Shown: piece by piece, positions 12,452 to 24,065 of the stretch
Layout of the letters: every line of letters begins with the position of its first letter
How positions within the stretch are numbered: position 1 is the stretch's first letter
Assembly (NCBI GenBank): GCA_963812605.1
Contig: CAWEWF010000002.1
Coordinates: 125,120-189,119 of the forward strand
Length of the DNA stretch: 64,000 nucleotides
Reading direction: 5' to 3'
Source: an uncultured Verrucomicrobiae bacterium
GTDB taxonomy: Bacteria > Verrucomicrobiota > Verrucomicrobiia > Palsa-1439
Made by a program: the position numbers and the translations under genes
Notes under the pieces: generated by a model
Databases searched by the model: none
What the model was told of the DNA's origin: nothing
The model's input: the letters and a program-made list of their open reading frames with translations, nothing else

Positions 12452-12614
12452 AATTGGAGGATAATGTATGGAAATGGTGAAGTGATAGCAATAAGGCGGC
12501 GGCGATAGCCGTAATTCAGTGCAATTGACGAACGCCCGACAGTCAGGATAGTCTCCTTTTTTACTAGTTGTTTTGCCCCGTCGCTGGCACCAGCGGTATA
12601 ATCAGGAGAAATCT

Positions 12615-13777
12615 ATGACAAATTGCTCGGTTGGATTGAAGCGACGAGTTGCGCTGCTGTTTATGGCATTGTTCCTCTTAACCTACATTCAGCAGGCTTT
12701 TGCTACGATGTGGTCACACTTAACTCCGAAGAAATTATCAGAGGTCGAATTGTCGATACCACTGAGACAAATTTCGATTGTGGTGGGAAACTATAACAAA
12801 CCATGTTGTCACGAAGGTCATTGCAAAATCGGATATTAAAACGATGGAGAGAGAAACCGCTGAACAAAAAAAGGAACAGGCTGATTATGCGGCGCTCTCA
12901 TCATATAAACTTGATCCCAATCAGGAACTCACAGAGTCGCAATACACTTCGGGGATAGCGGCGTTCAATAAATTTCGAACGGACTATCCACAAACGCACT
13001 TTGCGGATGACATAAAAAAGCGAATTGTCACCTGGAGCGAGGAACTGGCGAACCTGCAAAGCGGCAAGGTGAAGTTTGCTAACCAGTGGATGACTCCAGA
13101 TGAAAAGAAACCGCAAGCCGAGCAATGGCAGAAGAAGAACGCTGTGCAATCCACACAGCATTCCATTCAATCGCTAAAAAACCAACTTGCGAGTCTTCAA
13201 AACCAGCGCAAAGTAGCCGCTGACAACCAGACGATCGAAGGGCAACTTGCGACGCGAAGGCTACGCTTGCGAAACTTAGAATACCTATCAGCCCGTCTAT
13301 CAGACGAACGACGGAGGCGGCTCTTGAGGTCAAAATGCCAACGGTACAAAATACTGGATTCCCAATGCAACTACTCAAACTCAAATGCGAGATAGCAAGG
13401 GTCAGCCAGTTTTTCAAACCATTCCGAATCCAGAAAGACCTGCCGCATCGTCCCGTGTCGCTTCTCTTGAAAGCCAAATCGGTCCGGGCACGGCTGAGTG
13501 AGCCGAACTCGATACTAGGATTCGGGACACCCAAGTTCAGATCACGAAAGTAGAACAGGATTACAACCAAGCCCTCGCTCGCGCCAACGCACCGCCTCCA
13601 CCCATCAAACCTGTTGTGGAAGCCAAAGCAGAGCCGCCGCCACCACCAGCGCCGCCCCCTCCACCTCCGCCACCACCGCCAGAACAACCGTGGTATGTAA
13701 TGTACTGGAAATGGATTGCTGGTGGCGTCGGCTTGATTGTCGTGTTGTTTGTCGTCAGTAGAAGCCGTAGTTATTGA
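12615..13777 (+). CDS. Secreted/membrane-anchored coiled-coil protein with Pro-rich linker; broken by several frameshifts (probably sequence errors)
   Basis: Signal peptide at 12615; ORF 12778-13395 core; C-terminal ...PPPPPPEQPWYVMYWKWIAGGVGLIVVLFVVSRSRSY* ending 13777; AT-richer than flanks. Confidence 0.6.
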
Positions 13778-13982
13778 GAGTATTAGCAACGGCAGTTTGC
13801 GACAACCCGGGCTTATAGAGAGGCAAACCTATCCATTTGACATCCGGCAGACACGAACTTTGTCTGCCTTCCTTCGTTACCGCGATTTCAGTGGGTCATT
13901 TGCTGACTGTCAGTCCCACGAAAAATCCGGTTCGCATTTTCATCCCGCCGCAGTATATTCCACAATCATTCGGTGAGGCAAG

Positions 13983-15470
13983 TTGATGGCACTGACCCGC
14001 TACGGCGAACTACGCAACCGCTTAATGCGCCAGGGATTTCCGAACGTCTTCGCGCCGGCGGTCCTGCGCGATGCCGACAGCAATTACATTCCCATCCCGA
14101 TCAGCGAACGATTGGTGCAGTGCATCTGGTACGACCAACGGCTAAAACTCGGGGAATTGCGGACCACCGATGGCCGCCCGGTTCGTGTCATCTTCCAAGG
14201 TTGGTGGAACCTTGAGGCCGGCCCCGACTTTCGTCATGCGACCGTGCAGATTGGCAACGAAGCAGAACGCACGGGCGATATTGAGTTGCATCTGCGCGCC
14301 GAGGATTGGGACCACCACCGGCACGAGCACGATACGCACTTCAACGACGTGATCCTCCATGTCGTCCTCTGGGAGGCCGGCAGCCAGCATGTGCCACGGA
14401 CGCGCGCTGGCCAGATCATTCCGCAGATCGTCATTCAACATCACTTGGACACCGCGCTGGAGCAACTGTACGACGAAATCGATCTCGACTCTTATCCGCA
14501 CAACGCCGGCAATCATCACGGCCAGTGCGCGCAAGTGCTGCGCGCCCTGCCCACCGGTTCGCTCGCCGCGATGCTCGATGCCGCCGGGGACGAGCGGTTT
14601 GCCGCCAAGATGCGGCGCTTCACCCGCTGGATTCATCGCGTCGGCCCGGAACAGGCTTTTTACGAAGGCTGGATGGAAGCCCTCGGGTACAAGGCGAACA
14701 AGGTGGCATTTCGCACTCTGGCGCAACGGGTGCCCTTGGCGGACTTGAACGATCAGCGGTCGCAACTGGCCGCGATTCTCTTCGGCCTGGCCAACTTCCT
14801 GCCAACCGGCGCGCCCCAGTCGCGCGACTCGGCGGGCGCGCGCTACGTCAAGCGACTCTGGAACGCGTGGTGGAAACTTCGTCCCGATTTCGAGGCGCGA
14901 ATTCTTTCACCCGAAACGTGGCGGTTTAGCGGCGTGCGGCCGGCGAACCATCCGCATCGACGCCTCGGCGCGGCGGTCGCCTTGCTGAAGAAACATCCGC
15001 GCTTCATGGAGAAAGTTATCGGCGCGATCCAAAGCGGCGGCGATCCGGCAAAGTTATTTTCCGAAATCCGCGACGATTATTGGAGTCATCATTTCACGCT
15101 CGGTAGCAAGACGCAGGCACGAGCGAGCGAATTGATCGGCGAGAGCCGCGCGCGGGAGATCGTCGCCAACATCGTGCTGCCCTTCGTCGCCGCCTGGGCG
15201 GAAAATGATGGTGACGGAAAACTTTACGAGACTGCCAAAGCCCGGTATGAGCGACTGCCTGCCGCGCCGTCGAATAGCATCATCCGCCTGGCCAGTGGCC
15301 AGCTTTTCGAACAGCCAGCCTCCGCCCGCCGTTACCTCAAAACCGCGCGCCAGCAGCAGGGCTTGATGCAAATCTTCCAGGACTTTTGTCTTAACGATAA
15401 ATCCGCCTGCCACCAATGTCAGTTCCCCGACCTCGTCCGCCACTGGAGCGCCTCGCAACCAGGGCCATAG
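13983..15470 (+). CDS. DUF2851 family protein
   Basis: GWWNLEAGPDF, GDIELH, HxHxxD, VILHVV motifs; C-terminal CxxxxxxCxxC. Confidence 0.85.
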   Translation: MMALTRYGELRNRLMRQGFPNVFAPAVLRDADSNYIPIPISERLVQCIWYDQRLKLGELRTTDGRPVRVIFQGWWNLEAGPDFRHATVQIGNEAERTGDIELHLRAEDWDHHRHEHDTHFNDVILHVVLWEAGSQHVPRTRAGQIIPQIVIQHHLDTALEQLYDEIDLDSYPHNAGNHHGQCAQVLRALPTGSLAAMLDAAGDERFAAKMRRFTRWIHRVGPEQAFYEGWMEALGYKANKVAFRTLAQRVPLADLNDQRSQLAAILFGLANFLPTGAPQSRDSAGARYVKRLWNAWWKLRPDFEARILSPETWRFSGVRPANHPHRRLGAAVALLKKHPRFMEKVIGAIQSGGDPAKLFSEIRDDYWSHHFTLGSKTQARASELIGESRAREIVANIVLPFVAAWAENDGDGKLYETAKARYERLPAAPSNSIIRLASGQLFEQPASARRYLKTARQQQGLMQIFQDFCLNDKSACHQCQFPDLVRHWSASQPGP

Positions 15471-15480
15471 CCAGATCCCG

Positions 15481-17028
15481 TCATGGCTTTACATCTTTAT
15501 CGGCCGCGCAACGGAAGCCGACGTTGGTCGTGCGGTACTCACGGGGGCGGTCTGCGATCCGACGAGTGAGCGGGACTTCGCCTTCATCCCATGAACCGCC
15601 ACGGACGACGGCGGTATCGCGGCTCGGGGTGGTGGCGGTCCACTCACTGACGTTGCCCTCCATGTCGGCTACACCACTGGGGCTGATATCGTCGGGGTAC
15701 GCATAAACCTCGGCGCGTTTGATGCGCTTGGGATATTGGGAACTGTTGCACTTCAGGGGATCAGGCTTGTCACCCCACGGGAACAATCGGCCATCGGTGC
15801 CACGCGCCGCTTTCTCCCATTCTTCCTCAGTAGGCAAACGCTTCCCGCGCCATGAGGCATAGGCGCTGGCTGCGTACCAATCAATCCCAAACACCGGCGT
15901 ATCCCACGTGAGATAGTTGCTGCCGACGACGGTCTGGTTCTGAATGGCGCTGAGAATCTCATTCCAGTGGATGGGATGATAGTCCTCGTCGTGCGGTGTG
16001 AACGGATGCACTGTGAATCTGGCTGTTCCCGCATCGACCGCGTCGAGAAATTGTTTGTACTGGCCGAACGTGACTTCATATTTGTCGATGTAGAATTCCG
16101 GCAATTGTTTCTTCTGCCCATCCTGGTAGAGAAATTCCCCGGCGGGAATCCGCACCATGGTTCCCATGTCGGCAGGCCGTGGCGGCGGCTTCAGCGTCGA
16201 AAGCGACTGCCACCAGAACCAGGCCGCTATCGCCGCCAGGGCGAGCGCAACTGATCCGACCACCGCAATGGTCACGGGACCGACCCGTTTCGGCTGGATC
16301 TGGCCGATGGTCGACCGAACGGTCTTGACGGGTGGAAAAAGTTTGCGGTCGAGCGCTTCGGCAGCGTCGGCAACCTCCATTGGCGACGCAAACTGCTTGT
16401 GGCCTTCCGTGCCGAGCATATTCTCGACGAACTCGCTGGTGGATTTGCTGACGGGAGCGATGTCATTGGCCAGGGTGGCAATCATCACGGCAAGATTCAA
16501 TACGTCCTCGCGTGGCGACTGGCTCGGTTGCATCTCGACGGCATCGACGTTGACGAGTTTGACGGCACCGGCGGCATTCGTCAGCACATTCTTATCCTGC
16601 GGCGGTTGATGGGGAATCTCGCGCTGCCAGAGGAAATCCAGCGCGCGCGCGACCCCGGCGACCGCCAGCAACAGGTGATGTTCATCCACCCCGCCGTCTT
16701 TCCGGAGGAACTGCGGCAGCGGCGGACCGTCCATGTATTCCATCGCGCAAAAATAAATACCGTCCGCCTGTCCGGCTTCATAGACGGCGACGAGATGCGG
16801 GTGAACGAGCGCCGCGTCCGTGCGGGATTCCTCAAGAAAATGATTGGTCTTGCCGGGCATGGTCGCCAGTTCGGGCGAGAGGATGCGCACCGCGACCATG
16901 CGGTTCGTCGATTTCTGGATCGCGCGATATACCTTGCCCCAGCGACTGATGCCGATCTGCTCCTGGATCTCGTACGCGCGAATCGTGCGCCCAATGATCG
17001 GATCGGGCGCGGGCGTTGGTTCCGTCAC
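15481..17028 (-). CDS. Ser/Thr (pseudo)kinase domain - TM - FGE-sulfatase (SUMF1/EgtB/PvdO) domain protein
   Basis: Kinase-fold N-terminus (HPHLVAVYE, MEYMDG); TM; RLPTEEEWEKAARG, GNVSEW, VVRGGSW, GFRC. Confidence 0.88.
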   Translation of the reverse strand: MTEPTPAPDPIIGRTIRAYEIQEQIGISRWGKVYRAIQKSTNRMVAVRILSPELATMPGKTNHFLEESRTDAALVHPHLVAVYEAGQADGIYFCAMEYMDGPPLPQFLRKDGGVDEHHLLLAVAGVARALDFLWQREIPHQPPQDKNVLTNAAGAVKLVNVDAVEMQPSQSPREDVLNLAVMIATLANDIAPVSKSTSEFVENMLGTEGHKQFASPMEVADAAEALDRKLFPPVKTVRSTIGQIQPKRVGPVTIAVVGSVALALAAIAAWFWWQSLSTLKPPPRPADMGTMVRIPAGEFLYQDGQKKQLPEFYIDKYEVTFGQYKQFLDAVDAGTARFTVHPFTPHDEDYHPIHWNEILSAIQNQTVVGSNYLTWDTPVFGIDWYAASAYASWRGKRLPTEEEWEKAARGTDGRLFPWGDKPDPLKCNSSQYPKRIKRAEVYAYPDDISPSGVADMEGNVSEWTATTPSRDTAVVRGGSWDEGEVPLTRRIADRPREYRTTNVGFRCAADKDVKP

Positions 17029-17963
17029 GAAGCACCTCCCAGAAGCGGAAGGGGGGCCAGCGGGCGCAACGACGGTGGCACGGCGGCAATGTCCTGCATC
17101 TGTCTGCGATAGTACGTACGCACCACGAAGCCGACGAATTCACGTGGCGCACCGGGAAACCGAACGGCGAACGACTTGGTCGAGAAATTCTCCCACTGCG
17201 GAATTGGCAACCAGATCGGTTCGCGCCAGGTGACGCTCGATCCCGTGCCGCCCAGGGCGGCGAATTGGACGCAGATGGCCACCGCGGCCGTGCTCAGTTC
17301 GCGCTCGCCAACCTGCGCCTTGGCTTGAACGGAGACGCTTACCGCGCCCCCGCTTTCGCTGCGCTCCACGCGCGCAATGCGGATCATGCGGTTCCACACG
17401 GCTGGTTCGGCCACGGGCGCCGCGGCGCCAACAACCGCCGCCGGACGTGGCTCATTCAAGACCGTCGCATTGGTTGCCGTGGACCCGGCAGGCGGCGCCG
17501 TCGCCGGCTCCGGGTGCGTGACCAGCGCGGTTTCCAGCTTCACTTTCCTTGGCCGGTCCTCGGAGAACATCGAACTGAGCAACGCAACCTGCCCGCCGAT
17601 CACCAGGAAGACAATCGTAATCGCGAGGACCTGGAGCAAGTCGAGGGGACGACGCTGTCGCTTGCCAGGAACTCCATGAACGATTTCAAAACGCAGGCGC
17701 ACGCCGCCGATCTCCAGTTCGTCACCGGAAGCGAGGCGGCCTTCGGTGATTGGCTTGCCGTTGATGCAAACGCCCCCAACGCTGTCCAAATCGTGGAGGT
17801 AGTACCCGTCAATATGGCGTTCGATGGCGGCGTGGCGCCCGCTCACGCCGGGTTCGCCCAGTTGAATGTTGCAGTTGGCGTCGCGACCGATGACGAGCGA
17901 CGGTAGCTCGACAACCACCGGTTCTTTCGGCGCGATCCGATTCTGAAACACCAAACGGTACAT
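17025..17963 (-). CDS. FHA domain membrane protein
   Basis: IGR...VSGRHA...DLDSVGGVCING FHA signature; single TM; extracytoplasmic domain. Confidence 0.85.
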   Translation of the reverse strand: MYRLVFQNRIAPKEPVVVELPSLVIGRDANCNIQLGEPGVSGRHAAIERHIDGYYLHDLDSVGGVCINGKPITEGRLASGDELEIGGVRLRFEIVHGVPGKRQRRPLDLLQVLAITIVFLVIGGQVALLSSMFSEDRPRKVKLETALVTHPEPATAPPAGSTATNATVLNEPRPAAVVGAAAPVAEPAVWNRMIRIARVERSESGGAVSVSVQAKAQVGERELSTAAVAICVQFAALGGTGSSVTWREPIWLPIPQWENFSTKSFAVRFPGAPREFVGFVVRTYYRRQMQDIAAVPPSLRPLAPLPLLGGAS

Positions 17964-18011
17964 AGTTTCCCCGCCGATGATACCATAGCCGGGCGACGCG
18001 CCCACGGTTTT

Positions 18012-18998
18012 TCAAGGACGGTTGGCGCCCGGGTCGTATCCCGCGGGATGCGCCTGGTGCCACTGCCAGGCGCTGTCGATAATGGCTTCGAGCGAGTCGA
18101 AGCGCGGTTTCCAGCCCAGCACCTTGCGGATTTTCGTCGAATCACCCACCAGTTTTGGCGGATCGCCCGGGCGACGCGGTTTCTCGATGACAGGAATTTT
18201 GTGCCCGGTGACCTTGCGCGCGGTTTCGACGACCTGCCGGACCGAGTAACCGTCGCCGCTGCCGAGGTTGAAGACATCGCTACCGTCCCACTTCAACGCC
18301 AGCATGTGGGCCTCAGCGAGATCGATAATGTGGATGTAGTCGCGAACGCAGGTGCCGTCGGGAGTTGGGTAATCCGTGCCGTAGATCTCGACGTGCGGCT
18401 TCTGGTCGAGGGACACCTTCAGGACATTGGGGATCAGGTGCGTTTCCACGCGGTGATGTTCGCCAAACTTGCGCGACGCGCCCGCCGCGTTGAAGTAACG
18501 CAGGCAAACGTACTGCAGGCCGTGCTGTTGCTGGTACCAATGGAGAATCCGCTCGAACATCAGCTTCGATTCGCCATAGGGATTGATCGGCTCCTTGGCG
18601 TCGTCCTCGGTAATCGGCACCTGTTTTGGCGTGCCAAAAATCGCGCACGTCGAGGAGAAGACGAACTTGCCAACGCCCGCCCGGACGCAGGCTTCGAGGA
18701 GATTGATGCCGTTGCCGACGTTGTTGCGGAAATATTTGCTCGGGTTGGTCATGCTCTCCGGGACGAGGGCGTTGGCCGCAAAATGCACGACCGCCTCGGG
18801 ACGGATCCGTTCGAGCGTCTCGAAGAGCATTGGACGCTCCGCCAGGTCTCCTTCAATGAACTCCGCCCGGTCGTCGATGGCCGCGCGATGTCCCTCGCTT
18901 AAATTGTCAAAAACGAAGATTTCCTGGCCCGCATTGAGCAATTCCTCGACGCAAATGCTGCCGATATATCCCGCCCCACCCGTGACAAGTATTTTCAT
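18012..18998 (-). CDS. galE: UDP-glucose 4-epimerase
   Basis: VTGGAGYIGS, YGESK, LRYFNAAGA, DGTCVRDYIH. Confidence 0.96.
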   Translation of the reverse strand: MKILVTGGAGYIGSICVEELLNAGQEIFVFDNLSEGHRAAIDDRAEFIEGDLAERPMLFETLERIRPEAVVHFAANALVPESMTNPSKYFRNNVGNGINLLEACVRAGVGKFVFSSTCAIFGTPKQVPITEDDAKEPINPYGESKLMFERILHWYQQQHGLQYVCLRYFNAAGASRKFGEHHRVETHLIPNVLKVSLDQKPHVEIYGTDYPTPDGTCVRDYIHIIDLAEAHMLALKWDGSDVFNLGSGDGYSVRQVVETARKVTGHKIPVIEKPRRPGDPPKLVGDSTKIRKVLGWKPRFDSLEAIIDSAWQWHQAHPAGYDPGANRP

Positions 18999-19122
18999 GG
19001 CGGCGGCGATGCTACTGAAGCGCAGCGCTCCGCGCAAGGAGGGAACGCTTCGGCGATCCTCTTGCCGAAGATTAGCCCGATGCTTGCGGGTCCTCTGATG
19101 CCCTGTTACACTCTCGCTCCGC

Positions 19123-20688
19123 ATGCCCCCTGTAACCAAAGCCCGAACGCCGGTGTCGCGCCGGAAACGCGCAGAGCGAAATTCGCAACCGACGAACGGC
19201 GAGCACGAGGAAGGTTTAAAAATCCTCTTCGTCTCGTCCGAGTGTGTGCCGTTTGCGAAAGTCGGCGGCCTCGCCGATGTGGTCGGCGGCTTGTCAAAGG
19301 CGTTGCGACGGCTGGGGCACGATGTGCGCATCGTCGTTCCACTCTATTCACTGATCGACCGCGCCCAATACGGCATCAAGTTCGTCGGCCCCGCCTGCGT
19401 GCATATGGGCGGGGGCGTCGAGCATTGGATTGGGTTGCACACGGGACTTCTCGATGGAGAAGTGCCGGTGTGGTTCGTGGAATACGACGCCTACTTCGGA
19501 CGGCCGGGGATTTACGACGGGCCGACGGGTCATTATATGGACAATGCGTTTCGCTTCGCGTTGTTGTCGAAGGCGGCCCTGCAGATTTGCAAGGATCAGA
19601 ACTTCATTCCGCACGTCGTTCATGCTCATGATTGGCCGACCGCGACCGCGCCGGTGTTTCTCAAGACCTGGGACCGGGTCCTCTCGCCGCTGTCGAATAC
19701 CGCCAGCGTATTGACGATCCACAACATCGGCTACCAGGGCGTCTACAATGCGAACGTCATGCCGTATCTCGGCCTCGGCGCGGAACACTTCACACCCGAT
19801 AAGTTTGAGGACCACGGCAAGGCCAACCTGCTCAAGGCCGGCGTCTCGTTCGCGGATGCGCTGACGACCGTCTCGCCGACACACGCAAAGGAAATCGTCG
19901 AGCCGGTGGGCGGCATGGGGCTGGCGATGTTTTTGAACAATCGCCGGGCCGATCTCTTCGGTATCCTCAACGGCGTGGATTATTCGGAGTGGAATCCCGC
20001 GACCGACAAATACATTTCCGCGCACTTCACCGCGAACGACCTCCGTGGCAAGGCCGCTTGCAAGGCCGCGCTCCAAAATCATTTTCACCTCGAAGAGCGC
20101 GCCGATGTCCCGCTGTTCGGCATCGTGAGCCGCTTCGTGCATCAGAAAGGATTCAGCCTCCTGCGCGAGGCGTTGCCGCCGGCGCTCGACAACATGGTCA
20201 TGCAATGCGTGGTGCTCGGCAGCGGGGACGCGGACACCGAGAATTTCTTCCGCTGGCTGCGCACCAGGTATCCCGGTCGCGTCGGAGCGCACATCGGGTT
20301 CTCTTCCGAATTGAGCCATCTCATCGAGGCGGGCTGTGATTTCTTCCTCATGCCGTCCCTCTACGAACCCTGCGGCCTCAACCAGATTTACTCCCTCAAG
20401 TACGGCACCCTGCCCGTTGTCCGCGCCACCGGCGGCCTCGACGACACGGTGCAGAATTATGACGAAGCGACCGGCAACGGCACCGGGTTCAAGTTTTGGG
20501 AGCCCTCCGGTCGCGCGCTGTACTATTGCATCGGCTGGGCCGTCGCGACCTGGTTCGACCGCCCCCAACACATTCTTCAGCTGCGCCAACAAGCGATGGC
20601 GCAAAATTTCGATTGGGTCGCTTCGGCGCAGCAATACGTTGATGTGTATCGACACGCGCTGCGGAAGAAACTGGCCACACCGGTGTAG
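19123..20688 (+). CDS. glgA: Glycogen synthase
   Basis: KVGGLADV, HAHDW, TIHNIGYQG, MPSLYEPCGLNQ, TGGLDDTV. Confidence 0.96.
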   Translation: MPPVTKARTPVSRRKRAERNSQPTNGEHEEGLKILFVSSECVPFAKVGGLADVVGGLSKALRRLGHDVRIVVPLYSLIDRAQYGIKFVGPACVHMGGGVEHWIGLHTGLLDGEVPVWFVEYDAYFGRPGIYDGPTGHYMDNAFRFALLSKAALQICKDQNFIPHVVHAHDWPTATAPVFLKTWDRVLSPLSNTASVLTIHNIGYQGVYNANVMPYLGLGAEHFTPDKFEDHGKANLLKAGVSFADALTTVSPTHAKEIVEPVGGMGLAMFLNNRRADLFGILNGVDYSEWNPATDKYISAHFTANDLRGKAACKAALQNHFHLEERADVPLFGIVSRFVHQKGFSLLREALPPALDNMVMQCVVLGSGDADTENFFRWLRTRYPGRVGAHIGFSSELSHLIEAGCDFFLMPSLYEPCGLNQIYSLKYGTLPVVRATGGLDDTVQNYDEATGNGTGFKFWEPSGRALYYCIGWAVATWFDRPQHILQLRQQAMAQNFDWVASAQQYVDVYRHALRKKLATPV

Positions 20689-20811
20689 GCTGGACTCCAA
20701 CTCTTCCAACAAGCCTGGCGCAGAACTTCGATTGGGTCGCTTCGGCGCAGCATTACGTTGAGTGTATCGGCACGCGCTTCGAAGAAAATGGCCACGCCGG
20801 TGTAGCTGGAC
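20586..20811 (+). repeat. Imperfect tandem duplication (~110 bp) of the glgA 3' end
   Basis: 20586-20695 vs 20706-20811 share ccaacaagc...ttcgattgggtcgcttcggcgcagca...tacgttga...ccggtgtag(g)ctggac. Confidence 0.9.
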
Positions 20812-20819
20812 GCCACGTG

Positions 20820-20859
20820 TTGACATCACTCGATGATACATCAGTTACATATGTATCAT
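20820..20859 (+). promoter_or_regulatory. Putative sigma70 -35 box plus palindromic operator upstream of PadR gene
   Basis: TTGACA at 20820-20825; perfect inverted repeat ATGATACAT-N9-ATGTATCAT at 20833-20859. Confidence 0.65.
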
Positions 20860-20961
20860 GCCGATCAACATGGACGGAAGGCGCGGGAAGACGGGGTCTC
20901 GATAGGGCACTTTCCAGCGCATTTACTCCTGAGACGCAAACGACCCGCGCCGGGTGGTCTG

Positions 20962-21282
20962 ATGGCCCAGATGCGAAAGGGTACAACCGCCTGGATTGTG
21001 CTGGCGGTTCTCGAAAACCGCGATGAACTGTACGGCTACGGCCTGCGACGCGAAGCGTTCAAAAAGTCGAAAGGTTTATTTCCAATTCAGGAAGGTGCGC
21101 TGTATCCCTTGCTGGATCGAATGCGGCGCGCGCGGTGGGTGACATCGAGACGCCAGACTGTTACCGGTGAGAGAGAAGGTATTACCGCATCAGCGCCCGC
21201 GGCCGCCTTGTGCTCGCCGAATATCGTCGCGAGTGGAAATTGCTGTCGTCGGTGCTCGACGCTCGGTTGTCACCACGCGTAA
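20962..21282 (+). CDS. PadR family transcriptional regulator (frameshift near 21170; end approximate)
   Basis: QMRKGT...LYGYGL...[13 protein letters not shown], then [21 protein letters not shown] in another frame. Confidence 0.85.
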   Translation: MAQMRKGTTAWIVLAVLENRDELYGYGLRREAFKKSKGLFPIQEGALYPLLDRMRRARWVTSRRQTVTGEREGITASAPAAALCSPNIVASGNCCRRCSTLGCHHA

Positions 21283-21294
21283 GAGTCTTAATTT

Positions 21295-21388
21295 GGAGGG
21301 CCACGCTCTGTCGTGGCCGTCTGGGATCACCGACGGCACCGGACGCGATCCTTCGACTTCGCTCAGGACAGGCTCCGCGCGTCCCTCC
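21295..21388. repeat. REP-like palindromic element with nested CCTTCGACTTCGCTCAGGACAGGC motif
   Basis: GGAGGG...CCCTCC terminal inverted arms with internal GGCCACG...CGTGGCC and GGACGCG...CGCGTCC hairpins. Confidence 0.55.
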
Positions 21389-21444
21389 GTCTCACGCGTA
21401 AGACTTGCGGCGCTGCCGTGCGCCCGGTATAGTCTCGTCGCTTT

Positions 21445-24064
<2,620 letters not shown>

Positions 24065-24065
<1 letters not shown>

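Noticed and set aside
19348-20841. Long antisense ORFs (also 22875-24011, 35471-36490, 62263-63900)
   Set aside because: Shadow ORFs opposite well-supported genes in GC-rich DNA; no recognisable motifs.
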